64,000 bases of DNA from Candidatus Uhrbacteria bacterium (GCA_018673485.1 JABHCP010000005.1:102-64101), one strand, 5' to 3'. Counted from the stretch's first letter, positions 21,128 through 31,236 are shown. Translations and numbers: made by a program. The notes: generated by a model not told the origin, from the letters alone.

Positions 21128-21820
21128 ATGAAATTCGACATTATTACCTTATTTCCAGATGTGATTGAGCCTTATGCAAAGGCGTCGATTTTAGGGCGGG
21201 CGCAAGTGAAGAAGCTTATTAAAATTAGTGCGCATGATTTGCGTAAGTTTTCAAAAAATAAGCATAAGAGTGTTGATGACACACCTTACGGCGGGGGACC
21301 AGGTATGTTGATGACGGTTCAGCCGATTGATAGTGCAGTGCGTAAGGTGCGAAATAAGCTTGGTAAAAAGAAAACTCGAGTAATTCTTACAGCGGCAAAT
21401 GGAAAGATGTTCACGCAGTCAGATGCAAAGCGATTAGCAAAGTTCGAGCAGTTGATTTTTGTGTGCGGTCGGTATGAGGGGATCGATCATCGTGTTGAGG
21501 AGGCAGTTGCGGACGAGGTTTTTTCTGTTGGGGAGTATGTGCTGACTGGTGGTGAGTTGCCAGCTCTAATAATGACTGACGCTATCGCTCGGAATGTGCC
21601 GGGAGTTTTAGGTGAAGAAGCATCACTCGAGTCTGAGTCATATAATCAAACAGGCGTACTTGAATATCCGCAGTACACAAAGCCTGAGATTTATAAGTTT
21701 AAAGAGGGGTTGGGGTCAAAGGAGCTGAAAGTGCCGAGCGTTTTATTATCAGGAAATCATGCCAAGATTGCACAGTGGCGCACGAAGCAGTCAGAGATTC
21801 GATCAGAGTCTACAAAATAG
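21128..21820 (+). CDS. trmD: tRNA (guanine37-N1)-methyltransferase
   Basis: VDDTPYGGGPGM, CGRYEGID.R, GEYVLTGGE, LEYPQYT. Confidence 0.98.
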   Translation: MKFDIITLFPDVIEPYAKASILGRAQVKKLIKISAHDLRKFSKNKHKSVDDTPYGGGPGMLMTVQPIDSAVRKVRNKLGKKKTRVILTAANGKMFTQSDAKRLAKFEQLIFVCGRYEGIDHRVEEAVADEVFSVGEYVLTGGELPALIMTDAIARNVPGVLGEEASLESESYNQTGVLEYPQYTKPEIYKFKEGLGSKELKVPSVLLSGNHAKIAQWRTKQSEIRSESTK

Positions 21821-21843
21821 AAAAATTATTAATAATAAAAAAT

Positions 21844-22065
21844 ATGCCAATACGACACAGAGGGCCTCAAGCAGCATCTGAAGGGCTAAGAATGCCTTCC
21901 CCTGAAAATACTAGCAATCCAGAGTTTGTTGATCCAGAGGATATGAAGCGCGCTGCGCTTACATATGGAGTGGATGAATCTCGTGATCCCGAAGTTGATG
22001 AGATGAGAGAAGAGTCTGGAATCGAGTTTGACGATTCGGGCGGCGAACTTCCACCAGTTGATTAA
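21844..22065 (+). CDS. Small acidic hypothetical protein
   Basis: ATG after AT-rich leader, ends before terminator. Confidence 0.5.
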   Translation: MPIRHRGPQAASEGLRMPSPENTSNPEFVDPEDMKRAALTYGVDESRDPEVDEMREESGIEFDDSGGELPPVD

Positions 22066-22110
22066 AGAAGAGTTGTTGTAGTAATAAAAAAACCGCCCGC
22101 GGGCGGTTTT

Positions 22111-22341
22111 TTAGCAAGTCTCTTGATTTGCTTGTTGCACTTGAGCCTTTATGTTCACCTCTTCTATTTGTTTGAGGTGCGCTTCAATTTTCTTTTCAGT
22201 CATCGTGAGCCTGCGCTCGATTGTTGCTCGTTCTTTATTGGTCTTATCAAGTTTTTGTTGCAAATCGCTGTATTCTTTTTCAATCTTTTTGAGCTGAGTG
22301 CTTATTTCCTTTTTTGACAAGGGTTTATTCGTTGAAGTCAT
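22111..22341 (-). CDS. Small coiled-coil protein
   Basis: Heptad-like K/E/Q pattern. Confidence 0.55.
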   Translation of the reverse strand: MTSTNKPLSKKEISTQLKKIEKEYSDLQQKLDKTNKERATIERRLTMTEKKIEAHLKQIEEVNIKAQVQQANQETC

Positions 22342-22391
22342 ATGTTTTTGTTATAATGTGTGTATTATAGCAAAATGTATTAGTAGTATCT

Positions 22392-23708
22392 ATGCCATCA
22401 GCAAAAGAAGGACAATCTAAGGAAAGGCAATTGGGCGTTTCTGAAGCTCGAGACCTTGCAAAGGAAAGGGGACGTAGAAACCAGGACATGGAACAGGTTC
22501 TGCATACGCACGATGCAGTAGAGGATCGTTTTCAGAAGACCACAGAAAAAGTGCAACACACAAGGGGCCGTATTGAGAAATTGCAATTTGCTCTTCATAA
22601 TTTGGCATCATCTACAAAAGAAGCAGAGCGCGCTTCAGGCAAGTCATTTTTTGATGGGAAAACTCTTCAAGAAAACGTGAATAAGGCCCTGTCTGATTTA
22701 TCACGACTGCAGTATGTTTTACAGGATGGACGTAGTAATTTGATGCATGCTCGGGCCCAGTTGCTTGATTTACAGCTGCAGATTGAGCCTTTTAATGAAG
22801 TTCGCGAAGAGGTTGTTTCTGTTTTAGAAAAAGGAATTTCTGACTTGGAGCAAACAATTCGCGAGAAGGCTGGGGACTTACCTGAGCAATTGCGCGGTGT
22901 GCAAGATGAATTAGATCAACATTATACAACGCTGCAGGAACAGATGAGTGGTATAACGGAGCAGTTTGCAGAGTTGTTTCCAGATACGGTTGCAATTGAT
23001 CCTGGAGCGCAGAACGGAGAATTCCTTATCACGGAACCTGAGATACAGACAAGAAAAGAACAGATAGGAATAAGAATGGGGCGGGATAGAGCCAATGTGC
23101 GTGAGAAACAGAGAGGGCTGGAAAAATCAGAAAGCTCATTAGGTCGCCAAAAGGAGATTAGGATTGGGGAAGAGCGAAAATTTTATTCACGTGAGCAAAT
23201 TTTTAAGGGAGTTGCCGCTAAAGAGGTACAGGATGCGATGGGCGCCATACAACAAGAGTGGGAGCTGCATGATCGACAGCGACCTTTTATTCTCAAGCGA
23301 TTGTTCCGTGGAGAAAACGATTGGCAACAGCGCGGAAAGTATCTCGAGGGGCAGATGGAAGGATTACAGAGGCAGTTGAAGAAGGTACAGAGTTGGCAAA
23401 GGGAGGAGAAAGATCTTCATCCTCGTGATGTCGCATATCAAGATGGTATAAAGGAAGAGATTGCTGCGATTCAGGTTTTTGTACAAAATTGCGAGGGGCT
23501 TATCAAGAAAATGGATGAGGCTCATTCACTTGATCAGGCATATCGCGAGTTGAGAGAAAGAAGAGATTTATTGGAGAATAGACTGGAATCTAGTGTGGGG
23601 TATGATAAGAATAAAATGCAGGATTTGCAGAGTGCATTAGAGCTTGCCAGAAAGCCAGACATTGACCATCCATCACTTAGTGGGTTGCTACATAAATTAG
23701 AGAATTAG
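22392..23708 (+). CDS. Coiled-coil hypothetical protein
   Basis: 438-aa ORF rich in E/Q/R/K/L. Confidence 0.75.
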   Translation: MPSAKEGQSKERQLGVSEARDLAKERGRRNQDMEQVLHTHDAVEDRFQKTTEKVQHTRGRIEKLQFALHNLASSTKEAERASGKSFFDGKTLQENVNKALSDLSRLQYVLQDGRSNLMHARAQLLDLQLQIEPFNEVREEVVSVLEKGISDLEQTIREKAGDLPEQLRGVQDELDQHYTTLQEQMSGITEQFAELFPDTVAIDPGAQNGEFLITEPEIQTRKEQIGIRMGRDRANVREKQRGLEKSESSLGRQKEIRIGEERKFYSREQIFKGVAAKEVQDAMGAIQQEWELHDRQRPFILKRLFRGENDWQQRGKYLEGQMEGLQRQLKKVQSWQREEKDLHPRDVAYQDGIKEEIAAIQVFVQNCEGLIKKMDEAHSLDQAYRELRERRDLLENRLESSVGYDKNKMQDLQSALELARKPDIDHPSLSGLLHKLEN

Positions 23709-23765
23709 AAGAAAGATACTTCAATCAAAAAAAACGCCCGAGGGCGTTTTTTTAGTTTTTCGATG

Positions 23766-24347
23766 TTACTCAGCTGTTTTTTCAGCAGGAGTTTCCTCTG
23801 TAGGTTTTTCCTCGATCTTAGCTGGAGTTTCTTCCTTTGCGTCAGCGGCAGGTGTTTCCTCAGCTGGAGTTTCAGCAACCTCTTTAACCTCTTCTTTAAC
23901 CTCTACAAACTCTTTCACCTTTTCTGCCTCTTCTACCTTTTTTGCTTCTGCAGCTTCTTTTTCTTCTTTTGCTTTTGCAGCTTCTGCTTCTTTAGCAGCT
24001 TTTTTTGCTTCCTTAGCCTCTGCATCCTTTTCTTCCTTTGCGACCTTCTTTTCTGCTAGCTTAGCTGTTCGCTTCTTACTAATTGTCACAACACCTTCTT
24101 TTTCTGCCTTGATAATCTCGGCATTTATGAGCATATTATGTACTGTAGCAGATGGCTTAGCACCAACTGATATCCAGTACTTAATTCGTTCACCTTCAAG
24201 AACGATATTGTTCTCTTTGGCTCGTGGATTATAATGACCAAGAATTTCCTTAGCAGGAGACCATGGATCGCGGTGATTTTCCTGAAGAACAACACGATAT
24301 TGTGGTTGTTTCTTCTTTCCAGTTCGTGATAGTCGAATTGTCAGCAT
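23766..24347 (-). CDS. rpsP: 30S ribosomal protein S16 with long low-complexity C-terminal tail
   Basis: MLTIRLSR.GKKKQPQYRVV, LGHYNP, YWISVGAKPS.TV. Confidence 0.97.
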   Translation of the reverse strand: MLTIRLSRTGKKKQPQYRVVLQENHRDPWSPAKEILGHYNPRAKENNIVLEGERIKYWISVGAKPSATVHNMLINAEIIKAEKEGVVTISKKRTAKLAEKKVAKEEKDAEAKEAKKAAKEAEAAKAKEEKEAAEAKKVEEAEKVKEFVEVKEEVKEVAETPAEETPAADAKEETPAKIEEKPTEETPAEKTAE

Positions 24348-24452
24348 AGAAATGTTTAAAATGTCTAAATGTTTAAGTTGTTGATTACGGCGGTATATTA
24401 GCTATATATCAAAAGTTTGTCAATACCTGTCAGGGCATCTGGAAGTTTGTGC

Positions 24453-24485
24453 GCCCGCCGTAGCTTCGATAGAAGCGAAGGAGGG
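24453..24485 (+). repeat. Family C palindromic repeat
   Basis: GCCCGCCGTAGCTTCGATAGAAGCGAAGGAGGG. Confidence 0.7.
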
Positions 24486-24504
24486 TCAAGCCCTGTCGGG
24501 GCAA

Positions 24505-24610
24505 ATTGATTAAGATGTTTAAAATGTTGAAATTGTTTATGTTGATTTTCACTACAATCATTCAGATCGACACAATAAACACTTTAAACAATTTCATCAC
24601 TTTAAACCTT
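24505..24610. repeat. Family D inverted AT-rich short-unit array
   Basis: TGTTTAAAA/TGTTGAAAT units facing AAACACTTTAAAC units, as around the four-helix-bundle gene. Confidence 0.7.
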
Positions 24611-24683
24611 TTTCAGAAAGCAATACGCGCCCGGGAGGTGGAGTTCCACTTCTCGGGCGCGTTAGGCGTATGGGGCGGTTGGG

Positions 24684-26258
24684 TTACCGGCGGAAGGCCT
24701 TGGGGCCTGCCTTTTCGACCTTGGCGTGCTCGGCCTCCAGGATCTCGAGCTCGCCCTGCAGGTGCGAGCGTTCGGTCTTGAGCTCGGAGATGAGCTCGCG
24801 GGCCGCCTGCTTGTCCTCCTCGTCCATGTGGGCCATGGAGCCGCCCAGGCTGCTGATCTTGCCCGGGATCTCGTCCAAGCGGAACTGCCTGGCCAAGACT
24901 TGCTCCACGAGCAGACCGATCTTGGCGTCGAAGGCGGCCTGGGCCTTGGCATTGCGCTCCTGGCGTGCGGCCTGGGCGCGTGCGGCTGCGCGGCTGCGCT
25001 TGTTGCCGCTGGGCTTGGCCGTGGGGTTGGGGTACTGCGGACCTCGCTGCTGCGACTGGCCGGGGCGACGGATGTTGCCCTGGTTCTGACGCGGCCGCGG
25101 GTTGTGCTCACGGTCGGGCCGGATCTCGAAGCCCAAGATGCCCGCGAGGGCCTCCTGGAGCGTGATCGAGACCATCATGCCCTGCTCGATGAGCTTGCTG
25201 GTGCAGCTCGTACCGAAGCCGTAGGCGCTCTGTCCCTTGACGATGGCACCCATCGCCTTCCAGTTGCCCTTGCCGTCGGGGCAGTCGCAGAGCTCGGGGG
25301 CGTTGGCGTGCACGACGCAGATGGTGCGACCATCATCGGTCTTGCGACCGAAGTTGACGCGCTCACCGGCCAAGATAGCCTGCGCGAGCTCGAGGATGGT
25401 GCTGAAGCCATTGCGCTCCGGCTCAGGCTCGGGCTCGGGGGCCTCGGCTTCGCGCTCCGGCTCGGGCTCGGGGGCCTCGTTGTTGCGGCACTGGTCGGCG
25501 GTCTTCACGCCGCGCGCGATCTTGAGCGCGTCGGCAAAGGAGAAGGTCTCGAACTCCAGGTCTTCGACCTGGTCCAAGCACTTCTGGCAGAAGCAGGCAG
25601 CGAAGCGGCCGTTGACGATTCCACGCATCTCCTGCGCGGTACCGCTCGTGCCGCACCCGCAGGTGCACCAGTTCATGAACACATCGCCGACCTTCTCAAC
25701 CCGGTGTTTGCCGATCTTCTGACCCTCGATGAAGGCCTTGACCAGGCGCTGGGCCTTGGACACGGACTCCTGGGCCTGCTTGGCACCCAGGGTCTTGGCC
25801 TCGACCGTCTCCATCATCAGAGTGACGGGCTGGTCGTTGTTATCCGTGACGGTCAGGACTTCCTTGCCGTCATCGAACTCACCGGTGCCCCAGCAGACCT
25901 CCATGGACTCACGGCAGCCGTCGCAGATTCGGGTGTTGTCATCGAGTCCTTCGGGCAGGTTGACCAGAGCCAGGAGCAAGTCCGGGTTGGTCTGCGCGAT
26001 GACGCGGGCGAACAGCGTCGCGACACCCTCGAAGGTGCCGTTGATCTGCGGGTTCGGCACGTAACCCAGGTGCTCGGGGACCATGGTCCCGCATAGCACG
26101 CACGGTTCGGCCTTCTTCATGTGCGCCGCGCCCGTGCGGCACTTGCCGCTCTTGCGGATCGGCTTGCCGTGGGTTTCGCAGCGCTGGCCCGCGCTTCCGA
26201 CGCAGTCGTAGCTGGTGGTGGGGAGCAGGGGGTGGGTGGTGGTCAGGGAGAGGGACAT
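24684..26258 (-). CDS. GC-rich orphan protein with multiple Cys clusters and C-terminal coiled coil
   Basis: GGAGG SD; TTGACA at 26377-26382; G/C-ending codons. Confidence 0.8.
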   Translation of the reverse strand: MSLSLTTTHPLLPTTSYDCVGSAGQRCETHGKPIRKSGKCRTGAAHMKKAEPCVLCGTMVPEHLGYVPNPQINGTFEGVATLFARVIAQTNPDLLLALVNLPEGLDDNTRICDGCRESMEVCWGTGEFDDGKEVLTVTDNNDQPVTLMMETVEAKTLGAKQAQESVSKAQRLVKAFIEGQKIGKHRVEKVGDVFMNWCTCGCGTSGTAQEMRGIVNGRFAACFCQKCLDQVEDLEFETFSFADALKIARGVKTADQCRNNEAPEPEPEREAEAPEPEPEPERNGFSTILELAQAILAGERVNFGRKTDDGRTICVVHANAPELCDCPDGKGNWKAMGAIVKGQSAYGFGTSCTSKLIEQGMMVSITLQEALAGILGFEIRPDREHNPRPRQNQGNIRRPGQSQQRGPQYPNPTAKPSGNKRSRAAARAQAARQERNAKAQAAFDAKIGLLVEQVLARQFRLDEIPGKISSLGGSMAHMDEEDKQAARELISELKTERSHLQGELEILEAEHAKVEKAGPKAFRR

Positions 26259-26455
26259 GGTGCCTCCAAGTCGCAAGTTTTTGACTTATAGAGGTTTTTC
26301 AGACGTTGCGCGGATCACACAACGGTTGCGTCCCAAAGCGGACGAAACAGGGAAAGTTAGCATAAAATGAAGCCTTTGTCAAGATTGGTGGCCAATATTA
26401 GTCATCATTTTCGCCATTTGACCCAACTTAATCATTCTTATAAAATTATTTTTAT

Positions 26456-27505
26456 ATGATCCATCAGTGGAAGATAAAATATCAAGATTCAGATTTTCTA
26501 GTTCATGAGGTTTCCTTGCAGCCTGAATATAAAAAGATAAGTGAGTCCACCTATTCATATATTTGGGTTACAAAGAGAGGGTATACAACATTTGAGGTTA
26601 TAGATTTGATTGGTGAATTTTTAGAAATTGATAGGCATGAAGTGGCAGTGCAGGGATTGAAAGATGAAGACGGTATCACATCCCAACTCATGTCAGTGAA
26701 GGTTATTTTGGAAGAGTCAGATATTGCCAGATTTAATAAAAGAGCTGGCGGTGGTTCCAGATGGGTACGCATTGATCGTGTTAATGGGTTTGGCGACAAG
26801 CATGTTCAAGCAAAAAAATTGCATGGCAATGTATTTACAATTACCTTGCGAAATTTCAAGCAGCAGCCCGCAGAAAATTTAGAAAAACATCTGGCAGCTA
26901 ATAAGAATTTCACCTATATTAATTATTATGACAATCAGAGGTTTGGATTGCCGGGCGGCCCCTATGTGACGCATTTGATTGGAAAGGAGATAGTCGAAGG
27001 TAATTGGAAGGGGGCCTTTGAATATTATGTACAGTCAGGAAATCATAAAAATGAACAGGATGTACATGGTCGGTTAAAGATTGTTGGCGGGTATGAGAGT
27101 TTCTTTAGATCATTAGATAGACGAAAAGTTAAGTTCTTCATTTCGGCTCATAACAGCATGTTGTGGAATTTGGCTGTGTCCTCCATGTTGATGGAAACGG
27201 GTGTAGGAGCTTTAAAAAAGTTTGAACACATTGGTGCTCTTGCAGTTCCTATCTGTTCAAAGCAGGCGCTGCCCAGTCTTTGTTCTTGCAAGGGGTTTGA
27301 GTATGACGAGGGTTACAATTCAGTCATCTCTCAGCCAATAAATAGAAGTGTCATTGGGACGACAAAATTATTCTTTTTAGATTCTTCAGATGATGAATTG
27401 CACCCAGGTATGAAAAAAGTGGTGTTGTCCTTTATGCTACCGACTGGCTCGTACGCAACGATGGTTATTAAACAGCTTATGGAGTACGTTGATAGCCAAG
27501 GTTAA
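26456..27505 (+). CDS. TruD-family pseudouridine synthase
   Basis: DF.V.E, GLKDEDGITSQ, GNVFTITLR, NYYDNQRFG, F.LP.GSYAT. Confidence 0.88.
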   Translation: MIHQWKIKYQDSDFLVHEVSLQPEYKKISESTYSYIWVTKRGYTTFEVIDLIGEFLEIDRHEVAVQGLKDEDGITSQLMSVKVILEESDIARFNKRAGGGSRWVRIDRVNGFGDKHVQAKKLHGNVFTITLRNFKQQPAENLEKHLAANKNFTYINYYDNQRFGLPGGPYVTHLIGKEIVEGNWKGAFEYYVQSGNHKNEQDVHGRLKIVGGYESFFRSLDRRKVKFFISAHNSMLWNLAVSSMLMETGVGALKKFEHIGALAVPICSKQALPSLCSCKGFEYDEGYNSVISQPINRSVIGTTKLFFLDSSDDELHPGMKKVVLSFMLPTGSYATMVIKQLMEYVDSQG

Positions 27506-27943
27506 GAATTTCAAAAGAGACCTTTGGCAAAGATTTAATATTAATGATTATCAAAACAAGGCACCCTAATGAATGGGGTGCCTTGTAAACTTATGATTAA
27601 TGAATATGCAAGCCCTCTTGTTGAATTGGGGCAGGTGAAGCATGTTGCGCATAGGTTAGCTGTTGCCAAAGTATACGCTATTTATTCCACTTTAGATACC
27701 GCCGAGCCTTTAGTTTAAACCCTCCTTTCTGCTAGCAAAATTTCCGTGCCGGAGCTTTTGTTATGCGGAATTTATAACAAATCAGACTCTTTAATTGAGT
27801 AGCCATTGACTGACATTTTCGTCATAAAGCTATTAAATTGTATATTGGATAAATAGGGATGTCAAAGAAGTTTTTGAGAAAAGTTAAGATTTTTTAATGC
27901 CAAAAAGCGGGGTTTGTAACCCCGCTCAAGTCCGTGTAGATGG

Positions 27944-28201
27944 TCATTTCTTGACATGACCCCTGATTCGCACCTTACCCCCAATGATTTTGTGGGCAGG
28001 TCTGTTGTGGTACCTTGCAGCTCTGGCAAATTCAATGCCACATTTTGGGCATTTCATATCACCGCGGGTTGCGTCCCTCATAATGCCGCTCACATAGCAC
28101 TTTACAAGCTTTCCGGGACCCTCCTTGCGATATCGATACAGGAATGTCTGGCAGCTTGCGCAGTAAATGTCGATAGTATAGATCCGTTTTTTTCTTGCCA
28201 T
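27944..28201 (-). CDS. Small Zn-ribbon protein
   Basis: CASC...YRK.G.G.LVKC...CPKC. Confidence 0.75.
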   Translation of the reverse strand: MARKKRIYTIDIYCASCQTFLYRYRKEGPGKLVKCYVSGIMRDATRGDMKCPKCGIEFARAARYHNRPAHKIIGGKVRIRGHVKK

Positions 28202-28203
28202 AC

Positions 28204-29355
28204 TTACCTCTGGTAGTTAGGCGTGATTGCTCCTACGGGACACATTCCAGCACAGGCGTTGCATGAGATGCACTTGTCTGAGATGGAAGCTGTCTTCCCG
28301 GATTTGCCGGGGACGATCGACATGGCTCCAAACAGACAGGCAGTCTCACATCTGCCGCAGCCAGTGCAGCGTGCAGTCTGAACAGTTGGTGATTTCCCAG
28401 CAAAGCAGTGGCTATTCGCCAGACTTTGCGTGAGGCCCACGAACTCGGAGAGATCATGGAGACCCCACTCGTTTTCTTGAAGGAAATCGCGCAAACCATT
28501 CGTGATGACGCGAAGTGAGCTTGGGCCGTGCAATGCTGGATACGTATAGAGCTGAACTGCTGAGGCGCCTGCCATAAGCATCTGCAATACATCGTCAGAA
28601 GAGCAAATGCCACCGACGCCTACGGTCGGAATGTCGACAGCTCGAGCAATTTCGTACACGCAACGAAGTGCGATGGGGAATATTGCTTTTCCAGAGAGGC
28701 CTCCTGCGCCGCCCTGTGTTCCGAGCTTTGGATATCCCGTCCCGGTGTCAATTAGTAACCCTGGCCCAATTGAGTTTGTGCACACGATCGCGTCTGCTCC
28801 ATGCCTCTCTGCGTGCCGTGCCATACCAACTACAAATGGGGAATAGGATAGCTTAACCCAGATAGGGGTTTTTGTAGCTGGCCTTATCACGGCCATACTA
28901 CTGGCCAAATGGTCGAAATCTACATTAAGGTTACCATGAAGCGCACCAGAGTGAGAGCATGAGAAGTTGATTTCATAGGCATCCACGCCAATTTGATCAA
29001 ATTCACGAATCATCTGAACGCAGCCTTCAGGGTCTCTGGCGCTCAAGGATACAATGATGGGGCCCCCAGTGTCCTTTACTTGTCGGACCCATTGATCGCG
29101 CCAGTTATCCCAGCCGAATTCATTACCCCACTCGCAGTTGAGCATGGAGTCTTCGCCAGGAATGATCGCGTATCTGGGAACTGGAACCCGTTTTCGTTCA
29201 TCTGGAACGATTTTTTTGAGTGATCGCGTCACGATCGCCGAGCATCCATGAGGAATAGCCTCCATGAAGAAGCTGGGCGTTTCCGTGATGTACCCCGAAG
29301 CAAGAATGATCGGAGTATTGAAGCTGATACCGTTAACCTGAACGCTGAGGTTCAT
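28204..29355 (-). CDS. Class-1 dihydroorotate/dihydropyrimidine dehydrogenase-family flavoprotein with C-terminal 2x[4Fe-4S] domain
   Basis: LASG, EINFSCSH, VKLS, TNS, GGLSG.AI.PIAL, GVGGI; two CxxCxxCxxxC motifs. Confidence 0.85.
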   Translation of the reverse strand: MNLSVQVNGISFNTPIILASGYITETPSFFMEAIPHGCSAIVTRSLKKIVPDERKRVPVPRYAIIPGEDSMLNCEWGNEFGWDNWRDQWVRQVKDTGGPIIVSLSARDPEGCVQMIREFDQIGVDAYEINFSCSHSGALHGNLNVDFDHLASSMAVIRPATKTPIWVKLSYSPFVVGMARHAERHGADAIVCTNSIGPGLLIDTGTGYPKLGTQGGAGGLSGKAIFPIALRCVYEIARAVDIPTVGVGGICSSDDVLQMLMAGASAVQLYTYPALHGPSSLRVITNGLRDFLQENEWGLHDLSEFVGLTQSLANSHCFAGKSPTVQTARCTGCGRCETACLFGAMSIVPGKSGKTASISDKCISCNACAGMCPVGAITPNYQR

Positions 29356-29918
29356 TGCAGTCTCCTTGTGATTTTGGTTTCTAGATGCCCTAGTACACTT
29401 TGTGCAATCGTATTTTGATTACCTTCGGTAACAACGAAGATTCTGCTGAAAAGCTCAGAGCTTTTTTTGATCTGCTCAATTTCCTGTTCCGCATGGGACA
29501 TTCTTTTGGCGATCTTTTCTGCAGTTTCTGTTTTGCGAATATGACGCAGACGGTATTCAAGTAGCTCTATCGAATCTGGAATGATTGCAATGCGCACCAT
29601 TCTGTAAAAAAGGTGAGTAATTGCATCGATGTTGGCAATGTGCAGCTCTGTTAGGTAGGTTTGCCCTAGTACGATTCCGCTGACCATAAGGCCATAGTAT
29701 TCCCGGTAGACTTCTTGAATAGCCGCCAGGCGGCCTGCTTGTTCAAGTTGCTGGAATTCTTGCATTGTGACAGATAGGCGGTTCATTTCACGCTTACCTG
29801 GCCTTTTAGCACGAGTCGTTGCCCAGACTAATTCAGAGACTTGTGGAAAGGTTGCTAGGATTGCTTCCTTCACAAAATCTTTCCCAACCGCAGAAGGTCC
29901 AGTGATGGTGATTAGCAT
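29352..29918 (-). CDS. Guanylate-kinase-like NMP kinase
   Basis: GPSAVGKD P-loop, TTR.KRPG, YYG. Confidence 0.8.
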   Translation of the reverse strand: MLITITGPSAVGKDFVKEAILATFPQVSELVWATTRAKRPGKREMNRLSVTMQEFQQLEQAGRLAAIQEVYREYYGLMVSGIVLGQTYLTELHIANIDAITHLFYRMVRIAIIPDSIELLEYRLRHIRKTETAEKIAKRMSHAEQEIEQIKKSSELFSRIFVVTEGNQNTIAQSVLGHLETKITRRLQ

Positions 29919-30086
29919 GTCCACTCCTGTAAAGGGACGAAGGGATCTTATTAAACTGGATCATATGATAAGTTACCAAGATTTTTTTGTAGTGTCAATG
30001 GCGCCATAAGAAGAAAAATGATTTATATTTCAGATTTTGAATTAGCAGCTTTCTGTTATATGATTAAATGACTAAAATTTGTTTAT

Positions 30087-30596
30087 ATGAAAACACAATA
30101 TCCAATTGTAAATGAAAATGACGAAGTTATTGGCGAGATGGGGAAGAGAGAGGCCTATAAGGCAAAGCAGATGCTGCGGTCGTCTGTGATCTTCGTATTT
30201 AACAGCGGTGGAGAGCTATTCTTACAAAAGCGAGCAAAGGATAAGGATAGGTATCCCGGAGCATATTGCATGTCAGCAGCTGGACATGTTGAACCTAACG
30301 AGACATATGAACAAGCGGCAAAGCGCGAGCTTTTTGAAGAGCTTGGTTTAAAGGCTGAGTTAGTTGAAATATCACAAGAACGCGTTCCAGTTGGTCCGGG
30401 TGAATTTGCCATGTCTGCAGTGTTCACCTGTGTTTCTGATGATGAAATTGCATTACAAGAAGAGGAGGTTGAAAGTGGTGAATTTCATAAGATTGATGAT
30501 GTATTGGAGATGATCAGGGCGGGTAATTCTTTTACACCAAATATTGTTTATTTATTGCAAAAGTACGGTGATAAGTTGGTGGTTAGAAGAGGGTAA
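30087..30596 (+). CDS. NUDIX hydrolase (IDI/YfcD-like)
   Basis: GHVEPNETYEQAAKRELFEELG Nudix box. Confidence 0.9.
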   Translation: MKTQYPIVNENDEVIGEMGKREAYKAKQMLRSSVIFVFNSGGELFLQKRAKDKDRYPGAYCMSAAGHVEPNETYEQAAKRELFEELGLKAELVEISQERVPVGPGEFAMSAVFTCVSDDEIALQEEEVESGEFHKIDDVLEMIRAGNSFTPNIVYLLQKYGDKLVVRRG

Positions 30597-30676
30597 AGGG
30601 CTAACTTTGGCAATATTTTTAGTTAAACGACAATCCCGCCCTCAGGAGAGGGCGGGCGGGGCAGCAAACGGCGTTG

Positions 30677-30895
30677 CTACTCGGAGAAAATGTCCAGCTG
30701 ATGGCCTTGGTCGTTGCTCGGACGGATGGTGGAGTCATCGCAGCACAGGCCTTCTGGCGCCTGGTGTCGGGTAGAGCGTCCCATGATGTCGATGATGCCG
30801 TCGTCGGGTCTGGCGCTGACCAGGTGCCCTGCACTCACGAGTGCATTGCGGATTGGCCAGAACTCATTCTCTAGGGCAGTTTCTCGCGGGTTCAT
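30677..30895 (-). CDS. Small orphan protein (cassette)
   Basis: AGGAGG SD; TTGACA at 30959-30964; terminator near 30630-30660. Confidence 0.6.
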   Translation of the reverse strand: MNPRETALENEFWPIRNALVSAGHLVSARPDDGIIDIMGRSTRHQAPEGLCCDDSTIRPSNDQGHQLDIFSE

Positions 30896-30977
30896 GCGGT
30901 ACCTCCTGTATGCGGGTTTGCGCGAAAAGCTAAGTAGTATTGCTTAATTTTGGCTAAATGTCAAGGTTAGTGTTAGC

Positions 30978-31236
30978 CAGGGGGCACTTCGTCCCCCTGT
31001 AACCCCCAGACATACTTTCTTTGTTGGCTCAAAGAAAGTATGCAAAGAAAGAGCCTTTTTCAGAGTAGTCCCACGGCCATGGGGAATGCTACGGCCTGCA
31101 GTCAATGTTTTTGGGTAACCATGAATGAACTGATTGCCAGTTCGGTCGGCAGGCTCCCTCTCAGACGGAGTTGTCTAACAATGAGTGAACGGGGGCTGGC
31201 TACTGGAACATTAACGGGGGACTGAGGTGAGAGATG
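30978..31236 (+). other. Structured non-coding element, copy 1
   Basis: 55 bp (31001-31055) identical to 37233-37287, plus long-range stems. Confidence 0.65.

Noticed and set aside
24726-26096. 456-aa plus-strand ORF and other long antisense ORFs in GC-rich cassettes
   Set aside because: These are shadow frames of GC-rich minus-strand genes, which carry the SD, promoter and terminator.
26320-26352. Hammerhead-like GTCC...GGACGAAAC, or c-di-GMP riboswitch-like GGGACGCAA
   Set aside because: The CTGATGA core is absent (CGGTTGC instead) and the remaining riboswitch elements are not found.
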